55,249 nucleotides of DNA from a virus (lineage: Duplodnaviria; Caudoviricetes): the IMG/VR virus record IMGVR_UViG_3300017702_000602, positions 1-55,249 of that record; one strand, written 5' to 3'. This document shows, piece by piece, positions 45,276 to 54,998 of this stretch (positions are counted from its first letter, which is position 1; the number at the start of each line of letters is the position of its first letter). The notes below the pieces were generated by a model. The model ran no database searches and was not told where the DNA came from. It saw nothing but the letters and a program-made list of their open reading frames with translations. A program made the translations under genes and the position numbers.

Positions 45276-46135
45276 GCCAGAAAAAACCGACTGAAACTTG
45301 GGACACCCCCCGCACCCGGGCCGAGCTTGCGTCTAAATTCCCGCCTCCGGCATGGGCCATGTTCTACGAAGTGCCTGACGCCACCGGCGCTAGGCAGCGT
45401 CGCTGGGCCGATGCCGTGGCCATGGGGCTGTGGCCATCGAAGGGCCTGGATCTGCACGGTTTTGAGATCAAGATCAGCCGGAGCGACTGGTTGCACGAGC
45501 TGAAAAAGCCGGAAAAGGCCGAGGCCATCCAACAATATTGCGATTACTGGTGGCTCGTGGCCGGCAATCCTGATGTCGTGAAACTGGAGGAGCTGCCCAG
45601 CACCTGGGGCCTGATCGAGCGCAGCGGCAAGAAGCTGAGGATCGTTCGCCAGCCTGAGAAGCTGAACGCCAGGGCGGTCTCCAGGGACTTCCTCGCTGCT
45701 CTGCTGCGTCGTGCCCACGAGCAGGACGAAAAGGCCAGGCGTGAAGAGGTCATGGCTGAAGTGTCGAAAGAGCTGGATTCACAAGTCGGTCAAGCAGTTG
45801 CCCGCTACCAGCGTGAGGCAGAGTACGCCAAGGACCAGCTCGACATGGTCCGGGCTCGGGTAGAGGAATTCGAGGCAGCTACCGGTGTTCCCCTGGGCCA
45901 GCCAATGCTTTCTCGCTTCCGTCGTGGAAGCGACAGCCTGGAGCACATCGGCAAAGCCATCAACGCACTGATCTCTCTCGAGAAGGACCCGTTGGCCGAT
46001 GTACATACCCAGCTGCATTTCCTGATTCGTCGGGTTGAACCGATCTTGGAGCAGGCCCGCCAGCACCACGAAACCCTTTCAACGATTCTCGTTCCAGAGG
46101 AAGGCTGTAAGCACCAACCTGGGGGTGATTCGTGA
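45272..46135 (+). CDS. MmcB-like PD-(D/E)xK nuclease with coiled-coil tail
   Basis: R.ADA...GFEIKISRSDW..E...K......CD.WW; GTG start. Confidence 0.7.
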   Translation: MSQKKPTETWDTPRTRAELASKFPPPAWAMFYEVPDATGARQRRWADAVAMGLWPSKGLDLHGFEIKISRSDWLHELKKPEKAEAIQQYCDYWWLVAGNPDVVKLEELPSTWGLIERSGKKLRIVRQPEKLNARAVSRDFLAALLRRAHEQDEKARREEVMAEVSKELDSQVGQAVARYQREAEYAKDQLDMVRARVEEFEAATGVPLGQPMLSRFRRGSDSLEHIGKAINALISLEKDPLADVHTQLHFLIRRVEPILEQARQHHETLSTILVPEEGCKHQPGGDS

Positions 46136-46359
46136 GCCAAATCCCCATGTTCCCGGCTGACAAAGCGAACTTCATACCCAGGAACCCCAAGGCTCCCCGG
46201 TACCAGCTTTGTGATAGCCGCTATGAGCATGGGAAAGGCTGCAATGGATGCCCGATTCATCACCTCTGCACCAGCAGGCACCCATGGGGCCATGAGGGGC
46301 TGAAGGAATGGCAAAAGCAATGCGATGAAACCGCACTGAAACACTTGGAGGAATCATGA
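46132..46359 (+). CDS. Small Cys/His-rich protein
   Basis: CNGCP...C; coupled overlaps. Confidence 0.55.
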   Translation: MSQIPMFPADKANFIPRNPKAPRYQLCDSRYEHGKGCNGCPIHHLCTSRHPWGHEGLKEWQKQCDETALKHLEES

Positions 46360-46535
46360 CGGATTTGTACATGGCCCGCGTTTTCATCGAGCAGGCCAGG
46401 GCGCGTCGCGGCAACCCGTTCCAGCGGAGCTTTCGCGCCACCCTGCTGAACTGGGCCGCTGATCGCCGCAGAAACCATATTGCCGACACCAGCAAAAAGG
46501 TCGGTCAGATGGACCTGTTTGGGGGTGCTGCATGA
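46356..46535 (+). CDS. Small hypothetical protein (59 aa)
   Basis: GGAGGA RBS; LLNWAA..R...QMDLF. Confidence 0.6.
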   Translation: MTDLYMARVFIEQARARRGNPFQRSFRATLLNWAADRRRNHIADTSKKVGQMDLFGGAA

Positions 46536-46834
46536 AATCGGTCACCGGCCCCCAGATCGGCATGCCCAAGGCCTGCGTCAGCTGCACCCGGTACCAGCAC
46601 CGCGGCTATGACCAGGATGAGCATTGCCCGTTCCAGAAACGGTCCGCCCTGTATGACCAGCCGACGAAGACCCCATATGGCCGCTGCCAGCAGCACGGCA
46701 TAGAGGTTTTCGCCACCCAGATCTGCAGTAACTACGACCAGGAGCCGCATGCGGTTGCCCTACCCGTAGAAAACCGCCCCTACCCGCGCATCCCGATCCA
46801 GCAGGACCTGATGCCCGCACCCAACAACCAATAA
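46532..46834 (+). CDS. Cys-rich hypothetical protein
   Basis: CVSC...C..H...C. Confidence 0.6.
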   Translation: MKSVTGPQIGMPKACVSCTRYQHRGYDQDEHCPFQKRSALYDQPTKTPYGRCQQHGIEVFATQICSNYDQEPHAVALPVENRPYPRIPIQQDLMPAPNNQ

Positions 46835-46845
46835 CGGAGTTTGAT

Positions 46846-47751
46846 ATGTGGATTAAGAACCTGATCGTTTTCCTGGCTGATGAGCCGATTTCCTTCTCTG
46901 TTGCTGAGCTGGAAGAAAAGCTGGACCAGCACCGTTGCCAACCCTGCGGTAGCCAGTCCCTGCGTACAGAGGGGTTTGTTCCCCCTCTGAAGGGGCAGGA
47001 TGCCATGGCCTATGAGGTGGACGGCTTCATTGTGCTGACCCACCAGGAAACCACTCGCCTGCTGCCTGGCCCGGTCATCAAAGAAATGCTCGATGAGCGT
47101 GTTGAGCAGATCCAGCAAGAGGAGGCCCGGAAGGTTGGCCGCAAGGAAAAGGCCGATCTGAAAGAACAAGTTGTGTTCGAGCTGATGCCCCGGGCATTCA
47201 CTCAGTCGCGCCGTATTAACCTGTTCATCGACAAAGAACGTCAGCGCCTGCTGATTGACACTGCATCTGCCACCCGAGCAGAAGAGGTGGTTGCCTCGCT
47301 GCGCAAAGCCCTTGGCTCCCTACCTGTGGCCTATCCGGCGCCCACTTCAGCACCCCACACCAGCTTCAGTAACTGGCTTCGTGACACCGCCCTGATCCCG
47401 GACGGCTTCACCCTGGGTGATCGCGGAGACCTGAAGGGCACCAAAGACGAAGGTGCCGCCGTGAAGTTCACCGGTGTTGACCTGGTTCAGGAAGAGAACC
47501 TTGCCTATCTGGAAACCGGCATGGTGGCCACTCGCATCAACCTTTGCTGGCAGGACAGCCTTGAACTGGATGTGAACGACAAGCTGGAGATCAAGCGGAT
47601 CAAGGCGCTGGACCTGCTGCAAGAGAACATCGATGCGCTGGACGCTGATGATGTCGTGGCAGAACTACAGGCTCGGATCAGCCTACAGGGTAAAGCCCTG
47701 CGTGATGCTCTGGACCATCTTTATGGGTATTTCGAAGCCAGCGCAGATTGA
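46846..47751 (+). CDS. rdgC: Recombination-associated protein RdgC
   Basis: MW.KNL..F, PCGSQ...GFVPP, LLPG.VI, L.PRAF, LRKALGSLPV. Confidence 0.93.
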   Translation: MWIKNLIVFLADEPISFSVAELEEKLDQHRCQPCGSQSLRTEGFVPPLKGQDAMAYEVDGFIVLTHQETTRLLPGPVIKEMLDERVEQIQQEEARKVGRKEKADLKEQVVFELMPRAFTQSRRINLFIDKERQRLLIDTASATRAEEVVASLRKALGSLPVAYPAPTSAPHTSFSNWLRDTALIPDGFTLGDRGDLKGTKDEGAAVKFTGVDLVQEENLAYLETGMVATRINLCWQDSLELDVNDKLEIKRIKALDLLQENIDALDADDVVAELQARISLQGKALRDALDHLYGYFEASAD

Positions 47752-47761
47752 GGAGACAGCG

Positions 47762-48043
47762 ATGAATTGTGATTGCCTAGAAACAGTAATGGATCGCGTG
47801 AAAGGCCACGTTCTTGAGCGCCTGCCGAAGCATGACTCTGAATCTTTGCAGATCAACTGGGAGAACCGAAGTCTCCGCCTTGATACCGGTAAATTTCACG
47901 TGCCGCTTGGGATCAGTATTCAGTACCGGCGCCTCAAAAATGACGATGAGCCTTGCCGCAATGTAACGAAGGAAAGCACCAGCATTGCTATGTCCTTCTG
48001 CCCGTTTTGCGGGAAGAGCACCAAGGCCGAGGAGGGGAAATAG
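47762..48043 (+). CDS. Zinc-binding hypothetical protein
   Basis: MNCDC...FCPFCG; GAGGAG RBS. Confidence 0.7.
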   Translation: MNCDCLETVMDRVKGHVLERLPKHDSESLQINWENRSLRLDTGKFHVPLGISIQYRRLKNDDEPCRNVTKESTSIAMSFCPFCGKSTKAEEGK

Positions 48044-48046
48044 CCT

Positions 48047-48670
48047 GTGAACGTAAGCAACCACCCTCTCCACTGGCCTGCTGGCTGGGCCAGAACCACC
48101 AGCAGCGACCAGAAGGACGCCAATTTCAAGCACCAGGGCCGCCGGCTGACTATCGCTGACGGCATCACCCGGGTGCTCGACGCCCTGCGCAAAATGGGCG
48201 TCCCGTCCTGGAACGTGATCATCAGCACCAATATGGCAGTCCGCGGCGATGGCCTGCCCTACTCTGGCCGTCGCCCTCCTGAGGACACTGGTGCGGCCGT
48301 GTACTGGCGTCCGGATCAGAATTCCGAGGCTTACCAGTGCATCGCCATCGACCAATACACCCGCCTGGGTGACAACCTGGCCGCCATTGCCGGGACGCTG
48401 GATTGCCTGAGAGCCATTGAGCGCTGGGGTGGAGCCAGAATCCTGCAGCGGGCCACCGCTGGTTTCAAGGAGCTCCCCAGCTCCGCCAGCACCAATGCCA
48501 GCGCCTGGTGGGCTGTTCTCGGTGTAGCCCAGGGCGCGGACTTCGACACGGTACGCGCTGCCTACCAGCAAAAGCGCAAGAGCACGCACCCGGACCATGG
48601 CGGCACCACCGAACAGTTCAAAGCCGTGCAGCAGGCATGGCGCCAGTTTCAGGAGCAATACGATGAGTGA
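48047..48670 (+). CDS. J-domain-containing phage protein
   Basis: PL.WP.GW.RT N-terminus; WW.VLGV...HPD.GG C-terminal J domain. Confidence 0.85.
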   Translation: MNVSNHPLHWPAGWARTTSSDQKDANFKHQGRRLTIADGITRVLDALRKMGVPSWNVIISTNMAVRGDGLPYSGRRPPEDTGAAVYWRPDQNSEAYQCIAIDQYTRLGDNLAAIAGTLDCLRAIERWGGARILQRATAGFKELPSSASTNASAWWAVLGVAQGADFDTVRAAYQQKRKSTHPDHGGTTEQFKAVQQAWRQFQEQYDE

Positions 48671-49550
48671 TTCAGTGAGAGAGGCGTTTGATTCCATTGA
48701 AAGCGAAGTTGCCCAAGGCGCCATGACGGCGGCGCAGGTCTTCACCCAGATGAAGCAGTTGGTGCAAACCGCCCTTAGCGCCAATGGTGGGGAGGGAAGC
48801 CGCAAGCTGTCTGTGCTTGCCGCCCAGTTGCATGAATCCGCTCGATGCCTCGGCGTTGCGCAGGCGAAAGAGGATGCAGACGCCAAGGAGTACTGGGGTC
48901 AAATATCCGAGGCCAAACTCGAAGCAATCAGCACCCACCCCGCCCCGCCATCTGTTGCGGTGCCGGAGGGGTGGAAGTCAAAAGTGCTGGAGCTGTGTTC
49001 GGCAGTCGAGAACGACGAAGACCTACCGCCAGTCAAGTACGCCCTTAAATGTGGTCGCCTGATTAACGAAGTTAAAGACATACTAACCGCCGCCCCATCC
49101 CCCGACCATTCCGGTGACGCCAACAAAGTGGCTGAGCCATTCCAGACCCGTGTGAATGGCTGGATGCAGGAATGCTTCGGGCCGGAAATCTCTGCCGACA
49201 AAGTAGAACGAAACCACCGTTTCTTGGAAGAGGCGCTGGAGCTGGTGCAGTCCCTTGGCTGCACGCAGGCAGAGGCCCACAAGCTGGTGGACTACGTTTA
49301 CGGCCGTGCCGTGGGCGATCCGCCCCAGGAGGTCGGCGGAGTCATGGTCACCCTGGCAGCCCTGTGCCTGGCCAGCGGTATGGATATGGACGCCGCAGCC
49401 GAAACCGAACTGGCACGCATCCTTCAGCCGGAAGTGGTCACCAAGATCAGGGAAAAGCAGAAGCTCAAGCCGGCGTTCTCTCCCCTGCCAGGCTCATACC
49501 CGGAGCGTAAGCCGATTAGCGTTGACCGCAATAGCCGAGGGGGAAAATGA
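48663..49550 (+). CDS. Mosaic protein with C-terminal MazG-like NTP pyrophosphatase domain
   Basis: RFLEEALELVQ...QEVGGV.VTLAALC. Confidence 0.55.
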   Translation: MSDSVREAFDSIESEVAQGAMTAAQVFTQMKQLVQTALSANGGEGSRKLSVLAAQLHESARCLGVAQAKEDADAKEYWGQISEAKLEAISTHPAPPSVAVPEGWKSKVLELCSAVENDEDLPPVKYALKCGRLINEVKDILTAAPSPDHSGDANKVAEPFQTRVNGWMQECFGPEISADKVERNHRFLEEALELVQSLGCTQAEAHKLVDYVYGRAVGDPPQEVGGVMVTLAALCLASGMDMDAAAETELARILQPEVVTKIREKQKLKPAFSPLPGSYPERKPISVDRNSRGGK

Positions 49551-49567
49551 TTATGGCGACATTACTC

Positions 49568-50191
49568 TTATATTGGCCCGCCTCCCTTTTCTTTGAGCTT
49601 TTCATCAATCTGCTCTCTCGATGGGAATGGCGCCTCCAGATCACATTCCAAGGCATCGCTGTAAATCTCTATGGGCGTTATAACTTCTTCGGAAAACTCA
49701 ATCAAGAATTGATAGGCCAAATGTTCGCGTGGACTAGCGTCAAGGCCCTTTTTACTAATGGCTTCAAGCCTCCCTATAAGCTGCTGCGTGTTAAGAGCTA
49801 TTTGAATGGCCCCAGCCAACTGAGCAGAAACTCTCGGGTGCACCTTGCCGCCTTCAGAAAGGCTATTCATAGAATGAATAATCAAGTCGATATGCTTACT
49901 TGTTGCCGCCATCAGCGCAGAATCATATTCAGCAACACCAGAATCTTTCCCTATAGATCTGATTTGCGCAATAAGCTTGGCCATTTGGATTATGCATCCC
50001 TCGACTCCCTCCTTGCGAAGCTTCAACAATCTGGTTTCTTCAGCCTTACTTGCAGCACTGATAGCTCGCTTGGCCATAATTGCGCTGACGTATATTGCCA
50101 GTGCAGAAAGGACTGCCTGGGCCCACGCGGCCCAAACACTGGCTTCCAAGCACAGGCTATCCCAACTACCTATGTACCAGCACTGACTCAT
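49568..50191 (-). CDS. Antisense moron, N-terminal TM protein
   Basis: WAAWAQAVLSALAI TM segment; low GC; opposite to the operon. Confidence 0.65.
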   Translation of the reverse strand: MSQCWYIGSWDSLCLEASVWAAWAQAVLSALAIYVSAIMAKRAISAASKAEETRLLKLRKEGVEGCIIQMAKLIAQIRSIGKDSGVAEYDSALMAATSKHIDLIIHSMNSLSEGGKVHPRVSAQLAGAIQIALNTQQLIGRLEAISKKGLDASPREHLAYQFLIEFSEEVITPIEIYSDALECDLEAPFPSREQIDEKLKEKGGGPI

Positions 50192-50303
50192 AGCGACTCT
50201 CAATTTCAGCAAAGCTGGCAGTTATACCAGAACTAGATAGGAGATTCTTGATGAGCATTTTCTGGGCCTTTGGTATGGCCATTCTGGATCCGGCTGGCGG
50301 GCG

Positions 50304-50963
50304 TTATTGGGAGGATTCAGAGTGAGACATGGACACGATGTTTTCCAAGCTTTTAAGTTTGACCTGCAGCGCCTCGTTGACGGCCTTTTCTATATCCGCC
50401 AATCCGAGGTAAAGCCTTGCTGTGCTCAGATTTTTAAGTGCATTGCCTCTTTCCAAGATGGAAACATAAGCCACATCGGCCCCAGTGACCGGGCGGAAAG
50501 TGGCCAGGTAGTCATTGATGGCGAGAATCAGCAGTTTTGCCTGTCTGCTAACCTCCAAAACAGAATCAATCATGTCCTGATCAGACAGCTCAGAGAGCGG
50601 TATTGCAGAACAAGATCGATCATCAATCTCAAGATCGGTCCGAATCCGTCGGAGCTGGGCTGTTTCTCGCTTTTCATCATGCAGCCATTGATCCAAGAGC
50701 TTGCCGGTTCTCTCGAGTCTGCCCGCAGCCGCCTGCATCACCCTGAGAACGCCTATCGCGTGCTCGAGGCGGTTCTGTTCCTCCTTTCTTTGCTGGCGAA
50801 GGCGCTCTTCCTCCTGTTTGCCCTCTTGGTACTTGCGTTCTTCTCTAGGGCCGTTAAGCGCCAACCAGGCGATCACCAAGGAAACCCCAACCTGAGCCCA
50901 TATGACACCACTCGTGTTCAACCAGTAGCCCCAGCAGCTGAGGTCTGCACCACACCAATCCAT
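50304..50963 (-). CDS. Antisense moron, N-terminal TM plus coiled-coil protein
   Basis: WAQVGVSLVIAWLAL TM segment; GAAGGA RBS before ATG 50963. Confidence 0.65.
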   Translation of the reverse strand: MDWCGADLSCWGYWLNTSGVIWAQVGVSLVIAWLALNGPREERKYQEGKQEEERLRQQRKEEQNRLEHAIGVLRVMQAAAGRLERTGKLLDQWLHDEKRETAQLRRIRTDLEIDDRSCSAIPLSELSDQDMIDSVLEVSRQAKLLILAINDYLATFRPVTGADVAYVSILERGNALKNLSTARLYLGLADIEKAVNEALQVKLKSLENIVSMSHSESSQ

Positions 50964-51032
50964 ACCAATTCCTTCTGTCCCGATGCGGGAAGAATCAACC
51001 AGGTCGGCCAAGCAAGTCAAAAGGACGTTAAG

Positions 51033-51272
51033 TTAGATCAGATCCACCAGCAAATCCCGAGCGGTCTGAATGCCATTGAATCTGGCCTCCTCGAGCAGGC
51101 GATAGCCGGCCTCTTTCTCGTATTCCGAAATCTGAACGCCTCCCGCCTTGTTATAGATCGTCACCGTTACCTTCCAGGGGGAGTGGTCATCTTCGCGGCT
51201 GGATCGGATATGAACCGTGTAGCCACCCAAGACAGTTACATGGTCATCGTTAAGGTTGTCGATTTCGCGCAT
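51033..51272 (-). CDS. Small hypothetical protein
   Basis: Open frame opposite to the operon; start uncertain (51272 or 51326). Confidence 0.45.
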   Translation of the reverse strand: MREIDNLNDDHVTVLGGYTVHIRSSREDDHSPWKVTVTIYNKAGGVQISEYEKEAGYRLLEEARFNGIQTARDLLVDLI

Positions 51273-51340
51273 CTGAAGAACCCCATCCGTTTTTCCCAAG
51301 GAATCTTTGCCGACATCCGGCAACAAGACAAGGAGCGCGT

Positions 51341-51706
51341 ATGAAGCCCCTATTCATCCCCCTGAAGGCCGAGCACTACGACGCCTTTGACGATGGCAGC
51401 AAAGGCACCGAATACCGGCTTTACGGCCCGCGCTGGAACGAGAAGAACTGCTATCCAGGACGCCTGGCAACCCTTTCCCGTGGATATGGCAAGAAACACC
51501 GACTGAGTGGCGTTGTGCGGGACTTTCAGCGCCTGCCGGTCCGCATGTTGCCCATGGATGTCAGGCGCGACGTAGCGGAAATATACGGCCCTGGTGAACA
51601 CGACATAGCAGCAATCGGAATTGATCCGTTTCCCGGCCCAGACCCCGCCCACGGCTATGTGCCCGTATGCACCCCGGGCAAGGAGGCTGATTGTGGAGAC
51701 GCCTGA
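51341..51706 (+). CDS. ASCH/PUA-like domain protein
   Basis: LK.E.YDAF..GSK..EYR....W...LSRGYG. Confidence 0.75.
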   Translation: MKPLFIPLKAEHYDAFDDGSKGTEYRLYGPRWNEKNCYPGRLATLSRGYGKKHRLSGVVRDFQRLPVRMLPMDVRRDVAEIYGPGEHDIAAIGIDPFPGPDPAHGYVPVCTPGKEADCGDA

Positions 51707-52196
51707 GACGATTTACCTGATCCCTGATAGCGAGCATGGCCACCTCTGGTGCGACGATCCCGCGCCCGGTTTGGGGATGGACCCGGAAGATGCCATCGAG
51801 TACCGGCGGGCGGATGTAGTTGACGCCACCCTGGCCAAGCAAGCAAAAGCCGCTCGGAACGGTATGGATGCGGCCAGATCCGCCAGCACCCAAGAAATGA
51901 AGGAAGCGCAGCGGTTACGCGATGAGAGCAAACCAGAGCTTCTGGAATCAGAGCGCCAAGCCAATGCCCAGCTAACTGCTCAGGTCGAGTACCTTGAGCA
52001 GCTGGCCAGTGACCGGCTGGAGCATCTAACCGCCATTACTGACCGCGCCTTGGCGCTTGAGAAGGCAATGGAGCCGACCATTTCTATTCTGGACAGGGTT
52101 CATAAAGAAAGCGGCACATCGTTTTCTGATGCCATGCATGCCAGATCATGGGCCGATCACCTTCGCGCTCTTCTCAAGGAGGCCGATCATGGTTGA
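51693..52196 (+). CDS. Hypothetical protein
   Basis: AGGAGG RBS, GTG start; PETIYL...WC.D...EYRRAD. Confidence 0.65.
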   Translation: METPETIYLIPDSEHGHLWCDDPAPGLGMDPEDAIEYRRADVVDATLAKQAKAARNGMDAARSASTQEMKEAQRLRDESKPELLESERQANAQLTAQVEYLEQLASDRLEHLTAITDRALALEKAMEPTISILDRVHKESGTSFSDAMHARSWADHLRALLKEADHG

Positions 52197-52515
52197 TGCA
52201 CAGAAGCGGTGGCAATGCGAAGAATGCGGTTCCATTTTCCTGGATGAAGTCGATGCAGAGGAATGCTGCATTGATGACCTCGAGGACGCCGAAAGCCATG
52301 AGGGTGACGAGATATACACGGAATCCTGCCCTGTTTGCTTTCGAGAATATCGGGCCAGCGATAACCCGAAGATCGGCCATGACATGAACGTCTACGCCAT
52401 TAGGGTTGCCGGTCACTGCCAGACCTGCACCCCCCATTACAGCTATGAGGAGCAGCAGGCCATCGAGAAGATGGCATGGGACGAATCCGGTATTCCGATG
52501 AGGCTGAACGCATGA
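52189..52515 (+). CDS. Zinc-finger protein
   Basis: WQCEECG...A.ECC, CPVC, CQTC. Confidence 0.65.
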   Translation: MVDAQKRWQCEECGSIFLDEVDAEECCIDDLEDAESHEGDEIYTESCPVCFREYRASDNPKIGHDMNVYAIRVAGHCQTCTPHYSYEEQQAIEKMAWDESGIPMRLNA

Positions 52516-52760
52516 GTGACCTGATACTTTCCATCATCATCGCCAGCATCTGGGCCTTCTGCCTTGGCCATTGCCGGGGTTATTTAAAAGCCCGCAAGGA
52601 GTACGAAAAGGCCAATACCCACACCCTGCAGGGAGGCCAGATGAAGGTCGTGTTAACCCGCGATCTGGTGCACAAGCTGATCGAGGATGAAGGAATGATT
52701 GCCATGCCGAAAGGCATGGACAAGATTATCAAACGAAAGGGGCGCATCGATGAGCATTAA
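52512..52760 (+). CDS. Small membrane-anchored protein
   Basis: N-terminal hydrophobic helix. Confidence 0.55.
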   Translation: MSDLILSIIIASIWAFCLGHCRGYLKARKEYEKANTHTLQGGQMKVVLTRDLVHKLIEDEGMIAMPKGMDKIIKRKGRIDEH

Positions 52761-53118
52761 GATCACCCTCCCCCTACCCCCTGAGCTGCAACCACAGACC
52801 ACCGCTGAACAGAATCAGCTGATGGATGACATGATTGGATGGGGCCGATCGCATGCAGATGAAGCCCACCAGCAGGCCAGAAGCCAGGCCCGTGCAGAGT
52901 GCCTTGCCTGCCAGTTCTGGACTGTTAGCAACACCGTTGTGCGTCGGGCAACCGGTGAAGCGCCCCCAGAATCTGAAAACGACTTTGAACAGATGGTAGT
53001 GGAGAAATTCCGCCGACAGTGGGTGGCCGTGTATTTCGTTGAGACCGCCAGCACCCGACAGCACACCGCCGCTCTGGATGAGGGCGAGGCCGTCCGCCGT
53101 GGCGGGAAATTGGATTGA
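52750..53118 (+). CDS. Hypothetical protein
   Basis: Coupled within the operon. Confidence 0.55.
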   Translation: MSIKITLPLPPELQPQTTAEQNQLMDDMIGWGRSHADEAHQQARSQARAECLACQFWTVSNTVVRRATGEAPPESENDFEQMVVEKFRRQWVAVYFVETASTRQHTAALDEGEAVRRGGKLD

Positions 53119-53128
53119 GAGAAACGAT

Positions 53129-53350
53129 ATGAGCTTGCGATTAAGCAGAGAGCAGGTCAAAGAGCTGACAGGCAGGTCGTGGAAGGCGAAACAGCTTGAT
53201 GCCCTCCGGGCCATGGGTATTCCTCACGCAATGGATGATGAGGGATGGCCGGTAGTATTCCCACAGGCGCTGGCCAAGCTGGCTGGCGAAGAGCCCGATG
53301 AGAAAAAGGGCACCATTGATCCGGAATTTCTGAAGAACCTCTATGGCTAA
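53129..53350 (+). CDS. xis: Excisionase (DUF4224-like)
   Basis: LS.E.V.ELTG.....Q...L..MGIP.....G.PVV; overlaps int. Confidence 0.8.
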   Translation: MSLRLSREQVKELTGRSWKAKQLDALRAMGIPHAMDDEGWPVVFPQALAKLAGEEPDEKKGTIDPEFLKNLYG

Positions 53351-54356
53351 CGGACTACCAAAGCGATGGGCGTTCAAATTCGGGGCCTACTACTACCGGC
53401 CCCACCCATCAGAAAAGCACATGTTTGATGGACAGAGCTGGTACCGGCTGGGTGACACCTACCCGAAGGCGCTACGCAAATTCGCCTCGATCAAGGAAAT
53501 CGAGGCGGGAGAAGTGCTCGCTTCCGCCGTTGATCGCTACACGGTGGAGGTTCTGCCCACCCTGAAGCCACAAACCCAGGCATCGTATAGCGCCGCTCTG
53601 AAGCGCATCCGGCAGGGATTGGGGCACAACAAGGTGGTGATGATTAAGCCGCAGCTGGTGTATCAGTACATGGACAGCGTATCCAGGGCCAGAAGCATGA
53701 ATCTCGCCAATACCGATTTGAAGGTACTGAACCAGGTGCTGCGCCACTGTGTTCGCTGGGGAGTGATTGAACAGAACCAGATCACCGGTGAAGTGAAGTA
53801 TTTCGGCAAGCGGGACGGGCTCAAAAAAGAGCGTGATCGCTATGTTCAGGACTGGGAGCTTGCTGCATGGCTATCGGTGGCCAAACCACAGCAAGTGGCC
53901 TTTGCTGCCCTGGTGCTGCTCATAGGTGCCCGGAAGGCAGACACCTTGCGGATCATGGAGGCACACATTGCCAAAGATGCGCTTTATGTTCAGGACAGCA
54001 AGACAGGTAAGGATGCCCACTTTGAAATGACCGAAGCGCTCAGGGCAGCCCTTGAGCAGGCCCGAGCAGCCAAGCCCAAGCCATCGCTTTACCTGTTCCC
54101 GAATAGCAATGGCGGTTGCTATGTGGGCGCCAATGGTCGCTGTGAATCCTTTGACCGGGAATGGCGAAAATCGATAAAGAGGGCCATTAAAGAAACCGAT
54201 CTGGAGGTCTCTTTCACCCGGCATGACCTTCGCGCCAAGGCAGGCAGCGATGCAGAGAATGAGGCCCGAGCCCAGGAGTTGCTGCGACACACAGACCCGG
54301 CAATGACACGGAAACACTACCGCCGTAAAAAGCAGATGATCAGGCCGGCAAAATGA
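53343..54356 (+). CDS. int: Tyrosine integrase
   Basis: GARKAD (R), SKTG (K), HDLR, LLRH, KHY; adjacent to att. Confidence 0.95.
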   Translation: MANGLPKRWAFKFGAYYYRPHPSEKHMFDGQSWYRLGDTYPKALRKFASIKEIEAGEVLASAVDRYTVEVLPTLKPQTQASYSAALKRIRQGLGHNKVVMIKPQLVYQYMDSVSRARSMNLANTDLKVLNQVLRHCVRWGVIEQNQITGEVKYFGKRDGLKKERDRYVQDWELAAWLSVAKPQQVAFAALVLLIGARKADTLRIMEAHIAKDALYVQDSKTGKDAHFEMTEALRAALEQARAAKPKPSLYLFPNSNGGCYVGANGRCESFDREWRKSIKRAIKETDLEVSFTRHDLRAKAGSDAENEARAQELLRHTDPAMTRKHYRRKKQMIRPAK

Positions 54357-54359
54357 TAA

Positions 54360-54391
54360 TTTGTGAGATGAAACGGGATTTGTGAGATGGG
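54360..54391. promoter_or_regulatory. Putative integrase arm-type sites, right arm
   Basis: Tandem tttgtgagatg at 54360-54370 and 54379-54389. Confidence 0.7.
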
Positions 54392-54436
54392 GAGCCGCTG
54401 AGGGCCTTTAAATTCGGGGGCTGTGGCGAGGTGCTA

Positions 54437-54461
54437 CGTTCTACCATTGAACTACACCCGC
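54437..54461. repeat. Right att core (orphan 5' tRNA fragment)
   Basis: Identical to 1642-1666. Confidence 0.95.
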
Positions 54462-54998
54462 CTTTTGAAACGGCAATATAGTCAAAACCCATCGACTTAG
54501 CCAGTGTTGGAGCGAAATCGTCAAGGTTTCGACAAGTGGCTGTTTAAAACAGTTCATCGCGGATTAGAGTGAATAACTGGCTTCTAGCCGTTTGATTAGC
54601 TTATGGCGAATATCCTGCATTTTGCCGGACGCTCAACGCCGGATGCCTGACGTCAAACCCCATAGCCTGAGTGTTTGTCACTATTGCGGTACCTCTTTTG
54701 AGGGGTATTTTGAGGAATAGTCAGGGCCATTATTCAGGAAATAATCGGGTAATGCGTTTTGCGAAGAGCGCATAGGAGCCAAGATTTTCAGGTTTTGAAT
54801 GCAAGCGTCCGTCGTCGGGCATCCGGCGTTCTGCTGCAGCCAGGGTTAGATAATGAGACAAATCCTGAAATCGGCTCATCACTCAATCCCACGATGAACC
54901 TTTAAAAGCGAGTCACCGGGCGGACAAAGCAGTTGCCAGCATCCGTTTCAGTGCGTATAGAAGAGGAAACAAGCGTCAGCCAAAGAAGGATACCAACC

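Larger units (their letters stand above)
1642..54461. mobile_element. Complete lambdoid siphovirus prophage, about 52.8 kb
   Basis: Bounded by 25-bp direct repeats; carries integrase, cI/cro, replication, lysis, terminase, portal, capsid, tail tube and tape measure genes; no sheath gene seen; no obviously broken core genes. Confidence 0.96.

Noticed and set aside
47777-48886. 369-aa minus-strand ORF
   Set aside because: Antisense shadow of three well-supported plus-strand genes
49547-51344. Long plus-strand ORFs 49547-50236 and 50307-51344
   Set aside because: Composition is less protein-like than the opposite-strand ORFs with TM helices and RBS; probably shadows, though not excluded without expression data
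54437-54461. Second tRNA gene
   Set aside because: Only the 5' 25 nt are present; no anticodon arm, T arm or acceptor partner
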